Positions 26,777 to 37,470 are shown, counted from the stretch's first letter. The stretch is 64,000 bases of DNA from Deinococcales bacterium (GCA_031414595.1 JANNVX010000032.1:1-64000), one strand, 5' to 3'. The notes: a model not told the origin generated them from the letters alone. Numbers and translations: made by a program.

Positions 26777-28671
26777 TGAAAAACCCCATAAATTACCTAG
26801 CAACTGCCTTTGTTGCCGCCATTGCCTTAGCCGCCTGTACGCAAACCAGTCCTCAACCACAACAAGTTCTCGGGCTGATGCGAATTGGTTTTCAAGTTGA
26901 CTCAAGCGGTGTAAGTTCAAACGCCAAATTGCAACCACAAACCCTGACAGGCACAGCCAGTGGAATCCAAATGAAGTTAATTAACACCAGTACCTTCACG
27001 ACTGGCACAAGGGGTTCTGGCGGTGAGCGCTGGGTCAGTGCAACCTATGACATTCGCAACGCCACCACTGGCGGCACAGCCTATACAAGCGCCAACAGCA
27101 ACATCAGTTTTCTGGCGGTTAGCACGGCAACCAGTCTTGGTGAAAGTGCGATTGCCGATATGAAAAGTTACGGCGGCACACTTTTGACCACGCCAGCCTT
27201 GGCGCAGTCGTTTAAGCCCACCCACGGAATGCGCTACAACGCCCTAGGCAACACAGTCGAAACCAGTTCTGGGGCAGAGGATTTTCAGGTCTTTGATGAA
27301 TCTGAAGTCTCGAGCTTTGCCACGGCGGGTGTTGTCCCCATCAATTATGGTTTTGTGGTCAGGCGCACCAGTGCTAACCCGACAAGCCGCACCTTAGCTG
27401 CCAACCCAAGCACCAATTTATTCGAGGGGCGGGTCACATTGGCGGTGCGTTTTCCATTGCAAGCCACCATCTCGGATGACCCATTTACCTTTTCAATGGA
27501 CTTTTTGGTGGTCACAGACGACCAGACCAGAGTCACCCAAAGTCTCGAGCAACAAGCCCTCAACAGCCTTCCAAGTCAGACAGCCCAATTGACGGGGGCA
27601 GTGGTCAATACCCTACCCGGCTCGACCGACACTACCGCGACCAACCGTTTTGTTCCAAGTGTGCGTTTGGCACGGGCGGTGGGTGCGCCAACTGCGATTT
27701 ATTTAGTTCAAGCACCAACAACCATTAACGTCTCGAGTAACGCCGACAGTGGCGCTGGAACACTACGCAGTGCGATTCAAAACATTGCTTCTGGAGGCAC
27801 AATCAACCTAAATAGCATTAACGGTCAGAACATCACGCTTTTAAGTACCTTGGTGATTGGTAAAAGCCTGACAATCACCAATACCAACGCCACACCAACG
27901 GCGGCTGTACTGGGTGGGGCAACTGCTTTTAACAGCAGCAATGTGCGTGTTTTTAACATTCAAAGCGGCAATACTGTAACCCTAAGCAACTTCACCATCG
28001 GTAATGGTTATGTTTCTGGCAGTTCTGCACAAGGGGCGGCAATTCTAAACGCTGCTACACTGACATTAAGCAACATCAGGGTACAAAATAATCAAGCCCA
28101 AGGTGGTGTGGGTAGCAATGGCACGCCTGGTTTTAATGGGGGTCAAGATGGTGGGGTCGGAGGCGCGGCGCAAGGCGGCGCAATCTATAATTCTGGCGCA
28201 TTAACAATTAACTCGATCAGCCTGTTTAGTGGTAATAGGGCGATTGGTGGTATCGGTGGTTCAGGCGCGGCTGGGTCTCAGGTGAATAGTTTTCCCAATG
28301 GTCTGGGCGGACTGGGCGGAACTGCCCAAGGCGGAGCGATTTTTAATGCCAGCACTGCTACACTGAGCATCAATACTGTCACCTTTAACACCAATAATGC
28401 CACGGGTGGACAAGGCGGAGCGCCGGGTAATGCACTGGGTGGTTCAGGTCAACAAACTTATGGCAAAGGTGGTTCTGGTGGAAACGCCAACGGCGGCGCA
28501 GCTTTCAATGCCAACGCTACGGCTGGTTCTGCCACAGCCGTGACTGTGACTTACGGAACAGTCGCCAATGCCAATACGGTTATTGGTGGGCTTGCTGTGC
28601 AAGGTGGAACACCACTTGGGACAAATAATGGAACAAATGGAACAACCAGCAGTCCGAATGCAAATTTCTAA
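26776..28671 (+). CDS. Surface lipoprotein with a Gly-rich beta-helix/adhesin-like C-terminus
   Basis: LAAC lipobox; DSGAGTLRSAI; repeated GGAI(Y/F)N and Gly-rich loops. Confidence 0.75.
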   Translation: MKNPINYLATAFVAAIALAACTQTSPQPQQVLGLMRIGFQVDSSGVSSNAKLQPQTLTGTASGIQMKLINTSTFTTGTRGSGGERWVSATYDIRNATTGGTAYTSANSNISFLAVSTATSLGESAIADMKSYGGTLLTTPALAQSFKPTHGMRYNALGNTVETSSGAEDFQVFDESEVSSFATAGVVPINYGFVVRRTSANPTSRTLAANPSTNLFEGRVTLAVRFPLQATISDDPFTFSMDFLVVTDDQTRVTQSLEQQALNSLPSQTAQLTGAVVNTLPGSTDTTATNRFVPSVRLARAVGAPTAIYLVQAPTTINVSSNADSGAGTLRSAIQNIASGGTINLNSINGQNITLLSTLVIGKSLTITNTNATPTAAVLGGATAFNSSNVRVFNIQSGNTVTLSNFTIGNGYVSGSSAQGAAILNAATLTLSNIRVQNNQAQGGVGSNGTPGFNGGQDGGVGGAAQGGAIYNSGALTINSISLFSGNRAIGGIGGSGAAGSQVNSFPNGLGGLGGTAQGGAIFNASTATLSINTVTFNTNNATGGQGGAPGNALGGSGQQTYGKGGSGGNANGGAAFNANATAGSATAVTVTYGTVANANTVIGGLAVQGGTPLGTNNGTNGTTSSPNANF

Positions 28672-28677
28672 GTAACC

Positions 28678-28715
28678 AAAAAAAGCACCGCCTCATACTC
28701 GAGGGTGGTGCTTTT
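28678..28715 (+). terminator. Intrinsic terminator
   Basis: AAAAGCACCGCCTC...GAGGGTGGTGCTTTT. Confidence 0.7.
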
Positions 28716-28762
28716 GGCTGCTCGAGCGCACCATTTAGAAAAACTTTGGCTATACTCTATTT

Positions 28763-31495
28763 ATGACCCCAGAAGAACGCGCCAGATTCCGCATAGACCA
28801 ACAACTGCTGGCATCTGGTTGGGTTCTACAAAACAAAGATGAGTTTAATCGCACGGCTGCTTTTGGGGTGGCGGTGCGTGAATTTGCCTTGTTAAACGGC
28901 GAAGCTGATTATTTGCTGTTTGTGGATGGTAAAGCCATTGGGGTTCTCGAGGCAAAACCAGTTGGCACGACCCTTTCTGGGGTGGCAGAACAAACCAAGA
29001 AATACCTCGAAGGAGTACCGCCGCACCTCGCCAAACACAGTGCCAATTTGCCTTTTGGCTTTGAAAGTACAGGACAAGAAACGTTTTTAATAGATACCCG
29101 AGACCCGAATGCCCGTTCAAGGCGAATTTTTCAAATCCACCGCCCAGAAACCCTGCTCGAGTGGGTGCGGCAGCCAACGACCTTACGAACCCGTTTAAGC
29201 CAGTTACCAAGCGTAGACAAAAACGGTTTGCGCTTATGCCAAATAGAGGCAGTTGGCGGACTCGAGCAGAGTTTAAGCCAGAATAAACCCCGCGCTTTAA
29301 TTCAGATGGCAACCGGCAGCGGCAAAACCTTTACTGCCGTGACCAGCAGTTACCGCTTGATAAAACAGGCTGGCGCAAAACGAATTTTGTTCTTGGTAGA
29401 CCGCAACAATTTAGCCAAACAAACCCTCGCCGAATTCCAGCAATACACCACCCCAGACGATGGGCGCAAATTTAGTGAACTCTACAATGTCCAGATGCTA
29501 CAAGGTAAACGCCTAGACCCTGTAGCCAAAGTAGTGATTGGCACAATCCAGCGCCTTTTTAGTATGCTTAAAGGCGAAGAGATAGACGATGAACTCGATA
29601 ACAAAAGCCTGCATGAACTGGGGATTAAAGACCAAAAACCCAAAGAAGTGATGTATAACCCCGAGATTCCGATAGATTCTTTTGATTTTATTATTATTGA
29701 CGAATGCCACCGCAGCATTTATAACCTCTGGCGTGGGGTTCTCGAGTATTTTGATGGGTTTTTGATTGGTTTAACCGCCACCCCAAGTAAACAAACGATT
29801 GGCTTTTTTAACCAGAACCTTGTGACCGAATACGCCTACAGCCAAGCCGTCAAAGATAATGTCAATGTGGATTACGATGTCTACCGCATTAAAACCCAAA
29901 TTGGCGAATTTGGGGCAACCATCGAACAAGGCGAATACATTGATAAACGCGACCGCCAAACCCGCCGTAAACGCTGGGAGGCACTGGACAATGACCTTGA
30001 ATACACAGGCAAAGAACTTGACCGCAGCGTTGTAGCGGTCAGCCAAATCCGCACCGTGATTCGCACCTACAAAGAAAAACTGCTCGAGATTTTCCCAGAG
30101 CGCAGCCATACCCCAAAAACCCTGATATTTGCTAAAACCGATAGCCATGCCGAAGATATTGTTGAAATTGTGCGTGAAGAATTTGGCAAAGGCAATGATT
30201 TTTGTAAAAAAATAACCTACCGCACAACCGAAGACCCCGAAACGTTGATCAAAGAATTTCGCAACAATTATTATCCACGAATTGCCGTGACCGTAGACAT
30301 GATTAGCACTGGCACAGACATTAAACCACTCGAGGTGCTGCTGTTTATGCGCGATGTTGCCAGCGCTGTCTACTTTGAACAAATGAAGGGACGCGCCACC
30401 CGCACCATCCATCCAGACGAACTCAAAGCCGTCACCCCAGATGCCAAACACAAAACCCATTTTGTGCTGGTGGACGCAGTGGGCGTAACCGAAACAATCA
30501 AAACCGATTCTAAACCACTCGAGCGCTTACCGAGTATTCCCTTTGCCAAAATCCTGCAAAAAATTGCCATGGGCGACACCAGCTTAGAAACCATCTCGAG
30601 TTTAGCCAGCCGTTTAACCCGACTTGATAAAAAACTAAGCGAAACCAGCCGCGATGCACTGGAAGTCCACGCCAAAAAAGACCTCAAAACCGTTGTTGCA
30701 AACCTCATTCGCGCCACCGACCCAGACAGCATCGAAGCCCACGCCATAACCCAAACGGGCAACCCCAACCCAAGCGATTTGCAATACGACCAAGCCCAAT
30801 CTGACTTAGCCGAAAATGCCGCCCAGCCATTTAATAACCCAGAATTCAGGCGTTTACTCGAGGACATCCAACGCGATAGCGAACAAACCATAGACACCGT
30901 CACCCAAGACCAAGTGCTGTATGTCGGCTACGATTTTGACAAAGCCAGACGGATGGTACAAACATGGCAAGACTTTATCGAACAACACAAAAACGAACTG
31001 ACGGCACTGCAAATTATTTACAACCAACCCAAGCAACAACAAAAACTGACCTTTGCCGCAATCCAACAACTTGCCAGCGCCATCGAGCAGCCACCGTACT
31101 ATTTAACCCCAGAAAATGTTTGGAAAGCCTACGAAAACCTCGAGCAAACCCGAGTGAAAAGCAGCCACAACCCGCAGCGCCTCCTAACCGACCTTGTAGC
31201 CTTGGTGCGCTTTACAACTGGGCAAGACACGATGCTAACACCATTTATGGACACCGTACAACACCGTTTTCAGACATGGCTAAGTCTGCAACAATCGAGC
31301 GGCACAGCTTTTAGTACAGAACAACTCGAGTGGCTAGGCATGATCCGAGACCACATTGCCAGCAGTGCTGCGATTGAGATTCAAGACCTCGAACTCAGCC
31401 CGTTTCACCAACGCGGTGGGGCATACAAAGCCGTACAATTATTTAAGAACATCAGACCACTGCTCGAGGAACTCAACACGACCCTGAGTGCATAA
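28763..31495 (+). CDS. hsdR: Type I restriction enzyme R subunit (EcoEI-like)
   Basis: ADY...LEAK nuclease motif; MATGSGKT, DECHRS, GLTATP, QMKGRATR. Confidence 0.92.
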   Translation: MTPEERARFRIDQQLLASGWVLQNKDEFNRTAAFGVAVREFALLNGEADYLLFVDGKAIGVLEAKPVGTTLSGVAEQTKKYLEGVPPHLAKHSANLPFGFESTGQETFLIDTRDPNARSRRIFQIHRPETLLEWVRQPTTLRTRLSQLPSVDKNGLRLCQIEAVGGLEQSLSQNKPRALIQMATGSGKTFTAVTSSYRLIKQAGAKRILFLVDRNNLAKQTLAEFQQYTTPDDGRKFSELYNVQMLQGKRLDPVAKVVIGTIQRLFSMLKGEEIDDELDNKSLHELGIKDQKPKEVMYNPEIPIDSFDFIIIDECHRSIYNLWRGVLEYFDGFLIGLTATPSKQTIGFFNQNLVTEYAYSQAVKDNVNVDYDVYRIKTQIGEFGATIEQGEYIDKRDRQTRRKRWEALDNDLEYTGKELDRSVVAVSQIRTVIRTYKEKLLEIFPERSHTPKTLIFAKTDSHAEDIVEIVREEFGKGNDFCKKITYRTTEDPETLIKEFRNNYYPRIAVTVDMISTGTDIKPLEVLLFMRDVASAVYFEQMKGRATRTIHPDELKAVTPDAKHKTHFVLVDAVGVTETIKTDSKPLERLPSIPFAKILQKIAMGDTSLETISSLASRLTRLDKKLSETSRDALEVHAKKDLKTVVANLIRATDPDSIEAHAITQTGNPNPSDLQYDQAQSDLAENAAQPFNNPEFRRLLEDIQRDSEQTIDTVTQDQVLYVGYDFDKARRMVQTWQDFIEQHKNELTALQIIYNQPKQQQKLTFAAIQQLASAIEQPPYYLTPENVWKAYENLEQTRVKSSHNPQRLLTDLVALVRFTTGQDTMLTPFMDTVQHRFQTWLSLQQSSGTAFSTEQLEWLGMIRDHIASSAAIEIQDLELSPFHQRGGAYKAVQLFKNIRPLLEELNTTLSA

Positions 31496-31510
31496 GGGTA
31501 GAATACCGTC

Positions 31511-31798
31511 ATGGATACCCAAGCCATACAGCAGATTCTAGGGCAACACCAAGCCGAACTTCGGGCGTTTGGTGTGCGCGAACTGCTTTTGTTTGGCAGC
31601 ACTGCCCGAGGCGAAGCCACGCCGCAAAGCGACCTAGATTTTTTGGTCGAACTCGAGCGATACACACTAACCGATTTTATGGGCTTAAAATTTGCACTCG
31701 AAGAATGGTTTGGTCAAAAAATAGATTTAGGGACTCGAGCCAGCCTAAAACCGATACTGAGCGCCGAAGTCGAAAAGGACTTACGCCGTGTCGCGTAA
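31511..31798 (+). CDS. MNT antitoxin
   Basis: LFGSTARGEATPQSDLDFLVE. Confidence 0.88.
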   Translation: MDTQAIQQILGQHQAELRAFGVRELLLFGSTARGEATPQSDLDFLVELERYTLTDFMGLKFALEEWFGQKIDLGTRASLKPILSAEVEKDLRRVA

Positions 31799-32138
31799 AC
31801 TAGAATTGTATTTAATCGATATTCTCGAGGCAATAGCGCGATTAAAGTTATTTACCAAAGGCTTTGACCAAGAAGCCTACCTGAATTCGTTGCTGGTACG
31901 AGATGCGAGCTTTCGCAATTTTATGGTTATTGGCGAGGCAGTTAAGCAAATTTCCGATGAATCTCGAGCTAAACACCCAACAGTACCTTGGAAATCTATT
32001 GCGGGTTTACGAGATTTATTAGCCCATGAGTATTTTAGAACCGATGATCGAATTTTATGGAATGTAATTGAAAAAGAACTAGACCCACTCAAAGAAGCAG
32101 TCTTGGCACTTCTAGCAGCAAGCAAGGCTGACCGATGA
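31788..32138 (+). CDS. HEPN (DUF86) toxin
   Basis: IGEAVK...PW..IAGLRDLLAHEY. Confidence 0.88.
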   Translation: MSRKLELYLIDILEAIARLKLFTKGFDQEAYLNSLLVRDASFRNFMVIGEAVKQISDESRAKHPTVPWKSIAGLRDLLAHEYFRTDDRILWNVIEKELDPLKEAVLALLAASKADR

Positions 32139-33673
32139 CCCTAACCAAAACGCAACCCGATTTTTTTGCAGTTCTGACAGGCGCACAAGCCACAGCTGCC
32201 CCCGCGTTGCAGGAGTTACCAATGAACTGGGAATGGGCAAAACTCGAGGATGTTTATAAAATTGTTGGTGGTGGAACTCCTGCAACTGCAAATCAAGAGT
32301 TTTGGAATGGAGATATTCCGTGGATCACCAGTGCTGATATTACTGATTCTGGCGAAATAAATCCCAGAAAGTTCATTACAGAGATTGGTGTAAAAAATTC
32401 ACCAATTAACATTATTCCCGAGGGCGCAATTGTCATTGCTACTCGAGTGAGTTTGGGTAAGATTGCAATTGCACCAACAAAACTTACTTTCAGTCAAGAT
32501 TGCCAAGGATTGTTGGCAGAAATTCAAGTTCTCGAGCCAGCTTTTGCATTGCATTTTTTAGCAACAGAAGCAAAAAAGTTTCAGTACATTAGTCGTGGTA
32601 CTACGATTTCGGGAATTACAAAAAAACAGCTTTCAGAACTGAATGTGCGTGTCCCGCCGCTTCTCGAGCAGAAACGAATTGTGGCTAAACTCGAGGAATT
32701 ACTATCCGAACTCGAGTTTGGGGTCAAAACCCTAAAAATTGCTTTGGCAAAAGTCAAAAAATACCGTCAGAGTGTGCTTAAAGCTGCCGTTCAAGGCGAT
32801 TTATCCAAGGCGTGGCGTGAAGCCCAAGGCGGTTCGCTCGAGCCAGCCAGTGTGTTGTTAAAAAAAGTCTTACTCGAGCGCCAACAAAAATGGATTCTCG
32901 AGCAGCAAGCCAAGGGCAGGAAAAATGCGAAGTACACCGAGCCACAAGCCCCAGACTCGAGCGGTTTGGCGGAATTACCAGAAGGTTGGGTCTGGACAAC
33001 AGCAGGATATATTTGTGACTGTATTGTTCCAAATCGTGATAAGCCTCAATCTTTTACAGGCGACATACCTTGGATTACGATTCCAGATTTTGATTCAAGT
33101 AACCTACATATTTCCAAGGCTAAATCTGGTTTAGGTTTAACTCGAGAAGAAGTTGAGAAATATCGAGCAAGATTGATTCCAGTAAACAGCGTCATTATGA
33201 CTTGTGTGGGTCGTTTTGGAATAGCAGCAACCACTAAACAAGAATGCGTAATCAATCAGCAACTTCACGCTTTTCTATTTGTTCCTGAGTTGATTCCTGA
33301 GTATTTGACAATTGTTTTAATAACTCAAAAATCCTACATGGATAAGAAGGCAAACGCGACAACAATTGCTTACTTAAATAAGGAAAGTTGTAACAGCGTT
33401 CCTCTCCCTCTTCCCCCGCTCGAGGAACAAGCCTTTATTGTCTCCCAAGTCGAAGCGAAACTATCTGCCACCGACCATCTCGAGAACAGCATCAAAGCCA
33501 ATTTGCTACGGGCGGAACGCTTGCGGGCAAGTACGCTCAATATGGCGTTTCGTGGTGAGCTTGTCGCCCAAGACGCAACGGATGAACCGGCGGCGGTACT
33601 GCTCGAGCGGATACGCGGTTTGCGGGCAGAGGCGGGACGTAAGAAGTTGCCTAAAAAATCATCTAGCCCTTAA
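32135..33673 (+). CDS. hsdS: Type I R-M specificity subunit
   Basis: Two TRDs flanked by ELP..W.W and PPL.EQ..IV conserved repeats. Confidence 0.92.
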   Translation: MTLTKTQPDFFAVLTGAQATAAPALQELPMNWEWAKLEDVYKIVGGGTPATANQEFWNGDIPWITSADITDSGEINPRKFITEIGVKNSPINIIPEGAIVIATRVSLGKIAIAPTKLTFSQDCQGLLAEIQVLEPAFALHFLATEAKKFQYISRGTTISGITKKQLSELNVRVPPLLEQKRIVAKLEELLSELEFGVKTLKIALAKVKKYRQSVLKAAVQGDLSKAWREAQGGSLEPASVLLKKVLLERQQKWILEQQAKGRKNAKYTEPQAPDSSGLAELPEGWVWTTAGYICDCIVPNRDKPQSFTGDIPWITIPDFDSSNLHISKAKSGLGLTREEVEKYRARLIPVNSVIMTCVGRFGIAATTKQECVINQQLHAFLFVPELIPEYLTIVLITQKSYMDKKANATTIAYLNKESCNSVPLPLPPLEEQAFIVSQVEAKLSATDHLENSIKANLLRAERLRASTLNMAFRGELVAQDATDEPAAVLLERIRGLRAEAGRKKLPKKSSSP

Positions 33674-33689
33674 TCAGCTATAATTTCGT

Positions 33690-33929
33690 ATGCTTCAGAC
33701 TTTGTTTACAGTGGGTGACGGCACGGCGGTAATTATTCTAGCCGATTTACTCAAGCGGTACGGCTTAAAAGCTGGGGATTTGGTCAATTTGCTCAGTACC
33801 GAAGCAGGAATTGCAATTGTACCAGAAACGGGTTTAGACCCAAGTTTTGAAAATGCCTTACGCACCATTTCGAGAGAACGCCATGAATTGTTTCAACGCC
33901 TTACTGACTTTGATACACAAAAACCATGA
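33690..33929 (+). CDS. AbrB/MazE-like antitoxin-type DNA-binding protein
   Basis: TVGDGTAVII..DLL...GL..GD.V swapped-hairpin pattern. Confidence 0.65.
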   Translation: MLQTLFTVGDGTAVIILADLLKRYGLKAGDLVNLLSTEAGIAIVPETGLDPSFENALRTISRERHELFQRLTDFDTQKP

Positions 33930-33972
33930 GGTTCGTTGCATTTTGGCTCGAGTCTCGGGTTAGCATGGGCGC

Positions 33973-35442
33973 ATGAGTTCAGCTTCGGCATTGGTTTCTA
34001 AAGTTTGGAGTCTCGCCCATGTATTGCGGGACGATGGTGTCAGTTACGGCGATTACCTCGAGCAGATTACGCTTTTGGTGTTTCTAAAAATGGCGCAAGA
34101 AGATTTTGAATTGACTTCTGGTTTTGTGGATTTGCCAGTGCGAACCACCAATCCCGAAGTGCTTTCTTGGTCGGAGTTGCGCTCAAAAAGTGGTGTGGCA
34201 CTCGAGAACTATTACCGTTATGTGCTGACCACTTTAAGTACCCATACGGGTTTACTCGGGGTTATTTTTCGTAAAGCCCAAAACAAAATTCAAGACCCCG
34301 CCAAACTCGAGCGGGTGATTAAACTTATCGATGGTGAGGTTTGGCGGGCATTGGATGTTGATGTCAAAGGCGAAATCTATGAGGGTTTACTCGAGCGCAA
34401 CGCCAAGGATATTAAAAGCGGAGCGGGGCAGTATTTTACGCCGCGCCCTTTAATAGATGCGATGGTACTGGTCTGCCGTCCGCAATTGGGGTACAAAATC
34501 GCTGACCCCGCCTGTGGTACGGCTGGTTTTTTGATTGCGGCGCATCAGTTTATTTTGAACAGCAAACAAAACCTCAATGCCGAACAGCGCCGAGTTTTGC
34601 GCGAAGAAATGTTTTTTGGGGTGGACATTGTGGATAGCGTGGTGCGTTTGGCGGCGATGAATATGTATTTGCATGGCATCGGTGGCGAAGCCGAATCGTT
34701 GGTGCGTGCCGATGATTCATTGCGTTCTAAACCGAGTACCTTGGTGGATTTGGTGTTGACCAATCCGCCTTTTGGTAAAAAAAGCAGCATCCGAATTATC
34801 AACGAAGAAGGCGACGAGGAACGCGAAGCCCTGACCTACTCGAGGGATGATTTTTGGGCAACCACCAGCAATAAACAACTTAATTTTGTACAACACATTG
34901 TCAATATGCTTAAAATTGGTGGCTTGGCGGCGGTGGTGCTGCCAGACAATGTGTTATTCGAGGGCGGCACGGGCGAAACAATTCGTAAGAATCTCTTAAA
35001 AACCTGCGATGTCCATACATTGCTGCGGCTTCCAACTGGGATTTTTTATGCCCAAGGGGTCAAAGCCAATGTTTTGTTCTTTGAGCGCAAGGCTGGCTCA
35101 GACACCGCCCAAACACAGCAACTTTGGGTCTACGATTTACGCACCAATCAGCATTTCACCTTAAAAGAAAATCCGCTTTTACCCAAGCACCTGACCGACT
35201 TTATCGCTTGTTACAACCCAGAAAACCGCTTTGAACGTTTTGAAACCGAGCGCTTTAAGGCATTTAGCTACACCGATTTAATGGCAAGGGACAAAGCCAA
35301 CTTGGATATTTTTTGGCTGCGAGATGAATCGCTCGAGGAATCCGATAACTTACCCGCCCCAAGTATTCTAGCCCAAGAAATCATGGATGATTTAGAAAGT
35401 GCCATGACCGCTTTTAGCAATGTGGCTGAATCGCTAAATTAA
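33973..35442 (+). CDS. hsdM: Type I R-M N6-adenine methyltransferase
   Basis: GQYFTPR, DPACGTAGFL, TNPPF. Confidence 0.93.
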   Translation: MSSASALVSKVWSLAHVLRDDGVSYGDYLEQITLLVFLKMAQEDFELTSGFVDLPVRTTNPEVLSWSELRSKSGVALENYYRYVLTTLSTHTGLLGVIFRKAQNKIQDPAKLERVIKLIDGEVWRALDVDVKGEIYEGLLERNAKDIKSGAGQYFTPRPLIDAMVLVCRPQLGYKIADPACGTAGFLIAAHQFILNSKQNLNAEQRRVLREEMFFGVDIVDSVVRLAAMNMYLHGIGGEAESLVRADDSLRSKPSTLVDLVLTNPPFGKKSSIRIINEEGDEEREALTYSRDDFWATTSNKQLNFVQHIVNMLKIGGLAAVVLPDNVLFEGGTGETIRKNLLKTCDVHTLLRLPTGIFYAQGVKANVLFFERKAGSDTAQTQQLWVYDLRTNQHFTLKENPLLPKHLTDFIACYNPENRFERFETERFKAFSYTDLMARDKANLDIFWLRDESLEESDNLPAPSILAQEIMDDLESAMTAFSNVAESLN

Positions 35443-35496
35443 CCACTTCTCGAGCCACCACAAAACCGCGTATAATCGCAGAATGCAAACAGTTTT

Positions 35497-35880
35497 GTGG
35501 AGGAAGACGTGAAAGGCACAATCAACGTCACAGAAAATGCCCTCGCCAGTTTACTTGGTCTAGCGGCGCATGAAGTTCCGGGTGTGGTTGGTATGGCACC
35601 GGCAAACCTCAAAGAAGGGATTCAAAAAATTCTTGGACAACCACAGTCTCGAGATGGCGTGGTCGTGGCTGGCGAAGGCACAACCCGTACTTGCGAAATC
35701 TTTGTGGTGGTGGCGTTTGGTACAGCCATTCATGCTGTGGCAGAAAATGTCAAAGACCGTATTGTGCATACCGCCAAAGCCCTTGCTGGGATTGAACTCT
35801 CGAGTGTGCGGGTGCATGTGGTCGGGGTGGCTAAACCGGGTGCAAATAACGTGAAGAAAAAAGGGGCGCGAGGTGGATAA
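35497..35880 (+). CDS. Asp23/Gls24 family protein
   Basis: AAHEVPGVVGM; upstream of DAK2 as is typical; start may be GTG 35509. Confidence 0.85.
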   Translation: MEEDVKGTINVTENALASLLGLAAHEVPGVVGMAPANLKEGIQKILGQPQSRDGVVVAGEGTTRTCEIFVVVAFGTAIHAVAENVKDRIVHTAKALAGIELSSVRVHVVGVAKPGANNVKKKGARGG

Positions 35881-37468
35881 CATAACCAGTCAGCAATTAG
35901 CCGAGTGCTTTATTTACGCCACCGACTGGCTTGGCGTGTACAAAGAAGAAACCAATGCCCTAAATGTCTATCCTGTGCCAGACGGCGATACAGGCACAAA
36001 CATGCACCTCACCATGCAGAGTGTGCGCCGTGAACTCGATGTCGCCAACCATGCCAATATGCCCGATGTGACAAGGGCTATTTCTTATGGTTCGTTGCTG
36101 GGCGCTCGGGGCAACAGTGGTGTAATTTTAAGTCAACTCTTAAAAGGCTTTGCCGAAGTGGTACGCGAACAAAGCAGCATTAGCGCCCAAACCCTGACCG
36201 AAGCCTTAGAACGCGCCACCAAAATTGGGTATGCCGCCGTGATGAAGCCCGTCGAAGGGACAATTCTGACCGTGGCTAGGGAGACCGCCGAAGCTGCTCG
36301 GGCAGCGCTCACTGCCAATCCGAATCTGAATGTCCTCGAGTTGCTGCAAATGGCATTAAAAGGCGGGTATATTAGTCTCGAGAACACCACCAATTTACTG
36401 CCAGTGCTAAAACAAGCCGGCGTGGTGGATTCTGGCGGGGCTGGTTTTTTACATGTACTCAAAGGCATTGAAGCCAAACTCACTAACTTGCCACTGCCCG
36501 AAGCACCGTTAATTGAATCTTACGCCCAAGACCAATTTGAAAACGAGGAATTTGGCTACTGCACAGAATTCCTGCTCGAGAATGCGGTTAAATCGGCAAC
36601 CGAAATCCGTGAAATTGTTCAAGAATTTGGTGATAGTTTACTGGTTGTCGGCGCAGAAGGTTTTGTCAAAGGGCATATTCACACCGATAACCCCGATGCG
36701 CTGCTGGCAACCGTGGCACGCTACGGCAAAATGATTCGCTCAAAAATTGAGGATATGTCTGAGCAGCACACCGAAATTCTTGCGATGGCAGGCGCAGCCA
36801 GCAAAGCCGAAACGCCAACAACAGGTGCGGTTGCGGTGGTTTCGGGGTACGGACTGGTCAAGGTTTTTCGCAGTCTCGGGGTGCGGATTATTTCGGGTGG
36901 GCAAACCCAAAACCCCAGTGTCCAAGATATTCTCGATGCTGCCAGAAGTGTTGAGTCTGATGATGTGATTGTCTTGCCAAACAACAAAAATGTGATTATG
37001 GCAGCCCAAAAAGCCGCCGAACTCGAGACCGAAAAACGGCTTCATGTGATACCAACCCGCACACTTGGGCAGGGCTTGGGGGCAGCCTACCGCTACCTCA
37101 AAGACAACACCAGTGCCGAACTCATCCCAGAAATGACCGAAGGTAGTTCTCGAGTCCTAACTTTTGAAGTCACAAAGGCAAGCCGCACCGCCACCATAGA
37201 CGGACTAGAAATTAAAGAAGGCGAAGTGATTGGACTGCGTGACGATGTACTGGTTTACAACGGCGGCACAGCCGAACAAGCGGTCCTCGAGATGCTCAAA
37301 GGTTCATACACGATGCAAGAAATTGTCACAGTCTTTACTGGACCAAATGTAAGTGCCGAAACCGCCGAAGGGCTGGTCTCGAGTATTCACGAAACCCTAC
37401 CGCAACTTGGGGTTGAAGTCATGACGGGCGGACCCGATTTATACGATTACCTTGTGACCATGGAGTAA
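35873..37468 (+). CDS. DAK2-domain protein (fatty acid kinase FakA-like)
   Basis: NALNVYPVPDGDTGTNM, GARGNSG, GYCTEF, GGQTQNPS. Confidence 0.92.
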   Translation: MDNITSQQLAECFIYATDWLGVYKEETNALNVYPVPDGDTGTNMHLTMQSVRRELDVANHANMPDVTRAISYGSLLGARGNSGVILSQLLKGFAEVVREQSSISAQTLTEALERATKIGYAAVMKPVEGTILTVARETAEAARAALTANPNLNVLELLQMALKGGYISLENTTNLLPVLKQAGVVDSGGAGFLHVLKGIEAKLTNLPLPEAPLIESYAQDQFENEEFGYCTEFLLENAVKSATEIREIVQEFGDSLLVVGAEGFVKGHIHTDNPDALLATVARYGKMIRSKIEDMSEQHTEILAMAGAASKAETPTTGAVAVVSGYGLVKVFRSLGVRIISGGQTQNPSVQDILDAARSVESDDVIVLPNNKNVIMAAQKAAELETEKRLHVIPTRTLGQGLGAAYRYLKDNTSAELIPEMTEGSSRVLTFEVTKASRTATIDGLEIKEGEVIGLRDDVLVYNGGTAEQAVLEMLKGSYTMQEIVTVFTGPNVSAETAEGLVSSIHETLPQLGVEVMTGGPDLYDYLVTME

Positions 37469-37470
37469 AT

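Noticed and set aside
29771-30903. Long antisense ORFs inside hsdR (and similar shadow ORFs elsewhere)
   Set aside because: Fully overlap well-supported genes on the opposite strand and show no motifs
32135-35442. Type I R-M system as the cause of CTCGAG enrichment
   Set aside because: Type I enzymes recognise bipartite spaced sites, not contiguous 6-bp palindromes
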